From NCBI GenBank assembly GCA_000999095.1, contig LCFP01000004.1, positions 13,429-77,428 on the forward strand: 64,000 nucleotides of DNA, written 5' to 3'. Under the pieces are notes generated by a model. That model ran no database searches. It worked only from the letters and a program-made list of their open reading frames with translations, and had not been told where the DNA came from. Each line of letters starts with the position of its first letter. The first letter of the stretch is position 1. The position numbers and the translations under genes are program-made. Below are positions 58,412 through 64,000 of this stretch, piece after piece. Origin of the DNA: Candidatus Gottesmanbacteria bacterium GW2011_GWA2_43_14 (lineage in GTDB: Bacteria > Patescibacteriota > Microgenomatia > 2-02-FULL-39-11).

Positions 58412-61400
58412 TTGACGATTAAAACTACTTCCACTTATGATAGATACATGGCAATAGAACAGGGCCCTTACGGTAACAAGGCCAATTTTGTGGCTAAACT
58501 TATAGAAGCAATAAACAGAGCCCTCAGGGCAAAAAAAAACGATGGACACTTATTGCACGCAGCTTCTGAAGCCAAAAAGAAAATGGAGGAAGAGGAAACG
58601 CTTAAAAAGAGAATTGAAGCAGAAAATAAAAAAAAGGAAGAAGATGCTAATCGTCAGTATCATGAGAGAAGATCAGCACAGACCAGAGTCCAGACTAATG
58701 ACATTGATGAAGCCAGAAGACAAATCCATCAATCCAAAGCCGTTGATATAAAGACCCAAGTTAATACTGTTATTGAACAGCCGGCTCCGGACGAGAGCGA
58801 AATAACCACCGGTTACGAGTCAGCTTCATATTTACTGGTTGCCTATAGGGATGACCTGACTTTACGTCACGGTTTACATAATCTGATTGATTCAAACAGT
58901 AAATTCGCTTTAATTATCGACGAATTAACCCGAAAAGCAAACGATGTCCATATCAAACCAGCAGAACTTTTGAGGTTGGGCAAAGTATTATATTCCATCA
59001 CGCCGTCAGATCAAAAGCATATCATTCAGCCATTGATGTCAGGTCTCAACAGGAGAATTAAAGACTTGATTGATAGAATGTCTGACCGGGCAGTGGAAAA
59101 TGCCATGGAACGGGGAATGCATGTACCGGCGAAAGAAGAATTTACCAAAAGAATCATCAAGGATATCGCCAAGAAAATTGAGGCTTATATTTCGGAAGAG
59201 GAGTCTGAATCTTTAAAAAACATAGATCAGTATGAGGCAGCTGTTGATAGGATATTATCCACAGTCCAACCTCAGGTAGGGGAAACGCATGAGTTTGAGA
59301 ACGAAGTCGAAAAAAATACACTTCCGAGAAAAGCTATTGAAAAAATCGACAATGTCTGGGAAAAAGTCGATATGGCAGACAGGTCCGGCAAGACACTCAC
59401 GGTCGATGAACTTAGGGAGCTGGAAAGGGAAATATATGCAAATGAATCTGCATCTTATCCTACAGATGTCATACCCGGCAGCAAATCGTATTTAACCGAA
59501 GTTAATGCCATACACGGATATACTGAAAAAAGACTGGACAATTTAGCCGAAAGGTTACGGCTCCAGTTACAGCGGGAAAGTCCCGATATAAAAGAGGGCA
59601 TAACTGATCCGAAGGAATTTTTGAAATCTATAGAGCAGCCAGGATACCTCGTCCGTCTTTTAGACAGTAGTCCTGAGATGAAAAAACTATTTTTAAGTAC
59701 CGACGAGAAAGGCTATAAGTTCAGAAATAAAATCTTTTTGAAAATTCACGCGCAAATTTTAACCCAAAAAAGGGAATCCTCAAATGATAATTTCGGGCTT
59801 TATGAAAGGGCTGATTTTACTTCATTTATCAACCTTTTAAGAAGCGGTATGGGAGATATAAAAGTACCTTCATACGGAAAATCCCTAGGTCTGACTTGGG
59901 GGGAATGGTATACCAATTTAAGCAATACGATCAGACATTCCAGAGATATTGATTTCTGGGCATCGCAACCTGCTGCATCTATGGATAACTTCAATAAATC
60001 CCTGGCTATGTTCCAGAACGAATACACTGCACAAGCTTTATCAATTCCTGCGGTAGATCAGGCATACCGGGCTTATGAAACAACTCTTAATATTATCAGG
60101 GACACAAACGACGGTTATATCCCGCCGGCGCTGGTCGAGTTTGATCCTGTTAAAAACACCAATTTTTGGGATGATGAAGCCCAAAATATCCTGACCAAAA
60201 TGATATCCCAGGGGGTAGTCTATGATGCCAAACGGGATTACAGGCGATTTGGCGGTTTGCCGGTTGTATCCGAAGACGGTGCCAGTTTTGAGTTGGGAGA
60301 AAAAATAACGGCTGAGGATGTAGCAGAAGATGAGGAAAACCTGGAACAGCAAATGTATATGACACTAGCTAAAGGATTCGGCATGGCTTCAATGAGATTT
60401 CTCGAAATAATTTCTAATTCCAAAGTACCGGGAAGCAATATTAACGGGGAAGATGTGCCCGGATTTCACAGTAATGTGTATGAAGGTATCACTACCGCTT
60501 TAAACTATTGGAATGTCTTTATGAAAAAATGGAAAGTCCATTCATACAAACATTTTTACTTATTCAATACCGTTTTGCCCATGGATAAAAAGTTACCGGT
60601 GGACGCACGGGGAGCTGAAAAAGCTTACCGAGCCTGGTTGGATGGTACTTTTGAAGATAAGTACGGCAGCGAAGCGAAGAGGATGATTGATACCATGAAT
60701 TTTTCCAGGACACACTCAGCTCTCGGGCCGACTACACCCTGGCGTTTGCTTGATGACACAATAGGTTGGACTGACAAACAGCGGGAATTGATGGGATCTT
60801 CGATCAGAATTCTTTTAGCACACAGGCTGACGGGAGAAAAAGTAAAAGAATTTTTAGTCATTCGGAAATATAAAGAAATGTTCAGGAAGGCCAAAAAAGA
60901 CGCCGGCGAGCCCCATGTAGGTTCAGCCTTTGAAGCACTCTGGCAAAGTGAAGGAACGGCAATTTACGGGACAAATATTGATAGCGAATGGGGAGAGTTG
61001 CAGCATCATCATGCTGCGGAAATTAAAAAACTGTCGGCCAATTTTATAAATATATATAAAGCCAGGATGTGGGTAGAAATGGCAATGAGAAATCCATTGG
61101 CTATTGCCCACAATGCTGAGATCAATGTTCCGGTTGCCGGATACAAAGGTTCGACGAAAAGAAGAAAACTGAACAGCTATATCATTGAAGAAGTCTTAGG
61201 CATAAAACCTGAAGACCTGGATACCGGTACAGTCGTTGACGGAGAAGGAATTTATCAGATAAGTGCAGCTAAATATTCTTCACCAACACTTAAACAGATC
61301 ACTAATACGCAGGAAGTGCTTGATCTTGAGGGAGATTTGATAGCTGTCAGGGAAATAGCTTTAAAGGAAAACAGAGAACTAAAAGCTGCTGATTTTAATA

Positions 61401-62350
61401 TTATCCAAAATGATAAAAGAAAGCAGGATGCCTTAAAATACTGGCAAATTGTCAGGGAGTACACATTAGGCACAGCGGATGAAAATGCCTTTAATGATAT
61501 ATATAACGATTTGGGCATAACTTATCGTCTTGACCCAGCCACCGGTAAAGAGATGGAATACTACGACATTGATTGGCATAAAATTAAAAACGCCGACAAA
61601 TTTTTCGGCCATCTGGATGAGTCATATAAAAGCAAGCCTTTAATTTTAAAGGACGGGCAAGATGTAATTGTCGGAACGCCCATTGCTTTTAATGAAAAGT
61701 GGTTGGATAAAGACTGGGGCTGGATTTTTTCGACAGATGATGCTGCCTTCCGTAAAATGGCCTTTTTAAATCTTGGCGGCAGGCAATGGGTGAGAAGAGG
61801 AGGGGATGTGGCCGCTCATCACGCCGGGGGTTTAGAAGTAGCCAAATATATGGATGTCAATTTAACCCCAAACCCGGAGATTCGTGATTTAGCAGAACAA
61901 TTGATGAAGATCAGACAGGGATATCAATCGGATGATTTGACAGTTGGATGGAGAGTAGTCGGGCAGATTGCCCATCTGACCAGCAAATTGTATGAAATGG
62001 ACTATAAGAAATTAGGGTTATCAAGTGCCCAAAAGGATTTGTGGAAAACCAGAAGAAATGTCGCCTCCTGGAATGCCAATAGAAGAAGGGAATTCTGGGA
62101 TGCTTTGGAGCATATTGATTTACTGCCTCCGCACGATCAATTTGATCATTTTGGCTGGGAAACATTCAAAGATGATCCATACATGAATATCCATAAATTA
62201 AGAAAATTAAATCATGCTGATAACACTGACGTCTGGACGGAAATTATTACTTTAGGACTGATGCTGGCCATTGCCATAACCCTCTGGCGAGCGTTTACCG
62301 CTCCCAGCGAAGAAGAGGGTGCAAGTGGAGGCGGCGGGGGACACCGCTAA
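58412..62350 (+). CDS. Giant protein (1312 aa) with a single C-terminal TM anchor and a Gly-rich tail. No recognisable catalytic motif.
   Basis: Uninterrupted 3.9-kb ORF. The N-terminal 100 aa are Lys/Glu-rich. The C-terminus reads ITLGLMLAIAITLWRAF followed by GGGGGHR. Confidence 0.55.
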   Translation: MTIKTTSTYDRYMAIEQGPYGNKANFVAKLIEAINRALRAKKNDGHLLHAASEAKKKMEEEETLKKRIEAENKKKEEDANRQYHERRSAQTRVQTNDIDEARRQIHQSKAVDIKTQVNTVIEQPAPDESEITTGYESASYLLVAYRDDLTLRHGLHNLIDSNSKFALIIDELTRKANDVHIKPAELLRLGKVLYSITPSDQKHIIQPLMSGLNRRIKDLIDRMSDRAVENAMERGMHVPAKEEFTKRIIKDIAKKIEAYISEEESESLKNIDQYEAAVDRILSTVQPQVGETHEFENEVEKNTLPRKAIEKIDNVWEKVDMADRSGKTLTVDELRELEREIYANESASYPTDVIPGSKSYLTEVNAIHGYTEKRLDNLAERLRLQLQRESPDIKEGITDPKEFLKSIEQPGYLVRLLDSSPEMKKLFLSTDEKGYKFRNKIFLKIHAQILTQKRESSNDNFGLYERADFTSFINLLRSGMGDIKVPSYGKSLGLTWGEWYTNLSNTIRHSRDIDFWASQPAASMDNFNKSLAMFQNEYTAQALSIPAVDQAYRAYETTLNIIRDTNDGYIPPALVEFDPVKNTNFWDDEAQNILTKMISQGVVYDAKRDYRRFGGLPVVSEDGASFELGEKITAEDVAEDEENLEQQMYMTLAKGFGMASMRFLEIISNSKVPGSNINGEDVPGFHSNVYEGITTALNYWNVFMKKWKVHSYKHFYLFNTVLPMDKKLPVDARGAEKAYRAWLDGTFEDKYGSEAKRMIDTMNFSRTHSALGPTTPWRLLDDTIGWTDKQRELMGSSIRILLAHRLTGEKVKEFLVIRKYKEMFRKAKKDAGEPHVGSAFEALWQSEGTAIYGTNIDSEWGELQHHHAAEIKKLSANFINIYKARMWVEMAMRNPLAIAHNAEINVPVAGYKGSTKRRKLNSYIIEEVLGIKPEDLDTGTVVDGEGIYQISAAKYSSPTLKQITNTQEVLDLEGDLIAVREIALKENRELKAADFNIIQNDKRKQDALKYWQIVREYTLGTADENAFNDIYNDLGITYRLDPATGKEMEYYDIDWHKIKNADKFFGHLDESYKSKPLILKDGQDVIVGTPIAFNEKWLDKDWGWIFSTDDAAFRKMAFLNLGGRQWVRRGGDVAAHHAGGLEVAKYMDVNLTPNPEIRDLAEQLMKIRQGYQSDDLTVGWRVVGQIAHLTSKLYEMDYKKLGLSSAQKDLWKTRRNVASWNANRRREFWDALEHIDLLPPHDQFDHFGWETFKDDPYMNIHKLRKLNHADNTDVWTEIITLGLMLAIAITLWRAFTAPSEEEGASGGGGGHR

Positions 62351-62355
62351 CCGAA

Positions 62356-63810
62356 TCAACGGTTTTCTTTTTTACCCCCCAGTAAATTGCTTATAATTGG
62401 CATTTGCTTCATATAGTAGAATTGGCTGGCAGCGCCCATCGATGTTTGCGCAGCTCCTGTTAACGGGGCAAAAGCTGTTCCGGCTGATATTGGCAGAATC
62501 GGCTTGGGTTTGAACAATTTCTTGATTTGGGCAATCAAACTTGGTGCCAGAAAAAGAACTCCCAAGCCCAGGAAAGCCGGAAAAGACCCTTTTCCGGGTA
62601 CACCAATTAAAGGCGGTGAAAATAGGTCGCCGGTATCGGTGTTAATAGTTGTCAGAAACTCGGCAAACATGAGAACAGCCACGGTTGTGGGAAAAACAAC
62701 CAAATTGGCAATGACATTCATGATCCAGTCCGAAAAAGCAGTCCGGCCGGGAACCGCTTCCAAAAGCAACTGTATCGGACCAAGAACAATAGAAATTATC
62801 AGTTGGATATAGGAATTTAACAACAGCATAAAGATTCTGATAAAAGTAAAAAGAAGACCTAAGAATACCAACAGTATTCCGAGTAATCCGATTAAACTTA
62901 TACCCAGCGCCACACCACCGAAGCCGAGCAGACCTCCAAGAACTCTTAATGCAATCGTCACTCCGGCACCGCCGACACTGTAGGCGGCAAGATTCTTAAG
63001 CAGAAAATCGTCCAAAGAGCTGAATCCTCCTCCCATGACGTGCTTAAAGAGATCGCCAAAATCCGCTGTCAGGAAATAGGTTTGGATTTCGGCAGCACGG
63101 CTGGCATGACCCATCCCTTCGGACAGGATGCTGATAAGTATGGCCATAGTGACATACATGAAGTCAACCAGGAAACCTACGATGGCATAGGAAAGCGTGA
63201 TTAAAAGAAGCGACAAAACAATCCTGGGCAGAGCTGCCTGGACGCTGATGACGGTTTTCGGATCAATTTTCATCCGGAAAATCACCATAAAGCCGATGGC
63301 GACCATGACGATGATGATGACTGTATAGGCAATATTGCGGGTGACTTTCCAGAGGGGAAGGATAGGAGCCAGTCCGGCAAAGCCGATTCCCTGGGCATAG
63401 ACCGGTTTTGCCAGCAAACCGGCATTCTGCATCAGATCTTGGGCATAATAGATGCCGGAAGCCGGCGGCAGGGCAAACAGGGAGGCTGTCAGGATCGATA
63501 CTCCGTTCAAAGCGGTATTTTTATTGCATTTTTCCGGGTCACGGCGGGTACAGCCTAAATTGCTGGCCAAAGCGTTTAATGTTGCTTCGAACTGAAATTC
63601 GTTTACATGCAGTCCGTCTACACAAGGCTTACCGCTTGCTTCGGCGCATTCATCTGAGGCATCCTTTTGCAGGTGGTAATTTTCCGGATCGGAAAGATCA
63701 TAAACATCATTGGGATTTTGCGCTTGTGAGGATGACGGTAATAAAAGGCTGAAAGCCACCAGCAGAATGCTGATTACCATAAGCCAATATCTTCCGGATA
63801 GGTATTTCAT
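62356..63810 (-). CDS. Cys-rich polytopic membrane protein, candidate VirB6/TrbL-like T4SS channel component
   Basis: Signal peptide, then a Cys-containing exoplasmic segment, then at least eight hydrophobic helices. It lies immediately downstream of a pilin-like paralog. Confidence 0.35.
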   Translation of the reverse strand: MKYLSGRYWLMVISILLVAFSLLLPSSSQAQNPNDVYDLSDPENYHLQKDASDECAEASGKPCVDGLHVNEFQFEATLNALASNLGCTRRDPEKCNKNTALNGVSILTASLFALPPASGIYYAQDLMQNAGLLAKPVYAQGIGFAGLAPILPLWKVTRNIAYTVIIIVMVAIGFMVIFRMKIDPKTVISVQAALPRIVLSLLLITLSYAIVGFLVDFMYVTMAILISILSEGMGHASRAAEIQTYFLTADFGDLFKHVMGGGFSSLDDFLLKNLAAYSVGGAGVTIALRVLGGLLGFGGVALGISLIGLLGILLVFLGLLFTFIRIFMLLLNSYIQLIISIVLGPIQLLLEAVPGRTAFSDWIMNVIANLVVFPTTVAVLMFAEFLTTINTDTGDLFSPPLIGVPGKGSFPAFLGLGVLFLAPSLIAQIKKLFKPKPILPISAGTAFAPLTGAAQTSMGAASQFYYMKQMPIISNLLGGKKENR

Positions 63811-63844
63811 CTATTTCTATTATTGGTTAGAGGCAACGAGAGTG

Positions 63845-64000
63845 TCAAGGCGCTTGGGGTATTTCAAAAACCGTAATGGTCACACCGGTATAGACTTCGA
63901 TAAGGCGGAATATCAGAAAGGCAATCACCATCAGGAAAAGACCGGCAACAGCATAAGTCATTGTTTGTTTGGCCGAAGCAGTAGCTTTGGGATCACCGCC
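63845..64000 (-). CDS. Pilin-like paralog 5 (VirB2/TrbC-like). It is 5' truncated by the window edge.
   Basis: Translation of the minus strand gives GGDPKATASAKQTMTYAVAGLFLMVIAFLIFRLIEVYTGVTITVFEIPQAP*. This carries the same GGDP core and following helix as the 15.6-17.1 kb paralogs. Confidence 0.5.
   Translation of the reverse strand, partial: GGDPKATASAKQTMTYAVAGLFLMVIAFLIFRLIEVYTGVTITVFEIPQAP

Noticed and set aside
1-64000. Alternative genetic code (UGA as a sense codon, as in some Patescibacteria)
   Set aside because: Long ORFs with conserved domains are intact under the standard code. Recognisable genes such as rpmH and uppS terminate at TAA, TGA or TAG. There is no sign of in-frame UGA read as Gly.
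1-64000. CRISPR arrays, transposases, integrases or phage structural genes
   Set aside because: No regularly spaced direct repeats were seen. No DDE transposase, tyrosine or serine recombinase motifs and no capsid or terminase-like ORFs were seen. The only tandem repeat is the two-copy coding repeat inside the ClpC-like gene.

Overview
This 64-kb window looks like a chromosomal segment of a low-GC bacterium with Patescibacteria/CPR-like gene content; that lineage assignment is an inference. Reading left to right:
(1) 0.1-6.3 kb: a cell-envelope glycan cassette (UDP-sugar dehydrogenase, UXS-like decarboxylase, a membrane GT2 synthase, GH18, WbqC-like, LmbE deacetylase).
(2) 6.9-14.1 kb: a complete archaeal-type upper mevalonate operon (HMGR, HMGS, thiolase, DUF35, two MVK-like GHMP kinases, MVD) ending in uppS.
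(3) 15-17.1 kb: an ECF-type sigma factor and putative anti-sigma gene, followed by four tandem paralogous genes for small two-helix VirB2/TrbC-like pilin-like proteins.
(4) 17-32 kb: envelope and secreted proteins, ribosomal protein L25, an LCP/DUF4012/RNase HI operon, and a 1443-aa giant protein.
(5) 32.6-36.6 kb: a ClpC-like AAA+ gene that is disrupted and carries an unusual repeat insertion, a zinc ribbon and a Pro-rich tail.
(6) 36.7-42.1 kb: a type IV secretion-like module. It contains a membrane protein with a carboxypeptidase-regulatory-like domain, a VirB4-type ATPase split into two ORFs by in-frame TAA TAA, and a 477-aa membrane protein.
(7) 42-46.8 kb: the replication-origin neighbourhood, with dnaN and dnaA on the minus strand, DnaA boxes, and rpmH-rnpA-yidD-yidC-jag. 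The rpmH gene is missing from the ORF track.
(8) 46.8-58.4 kb: an O-antigen-ligase-like gene, nadD-nadE, a form III-like RuBisCO, and sugar-phosphate enzymes (IMPase, HAD, ROK kinase, SIS isomerase, class I aldolase, PfkB kinase, a hexokinase-family protein).
(9) 58.4-64 kb: a 1312-aa giant protein, a Cys-rich polytopic membrane protein, and a fifth pilin-like paralog truncated by the window end.
I found no tRNA or rRNA genes, CRISPR arrays, transposases or integrases. The standard genetic code fits the data, because TAA terminates recognisable genes and the long ORFs are intact.
The most novel-looking signal is a dispersed type IV secretion/pilus-like system: the sigma-linked pilin array, the split VirB4, a VirB6-like candidate, and the odd ClpC beside it.
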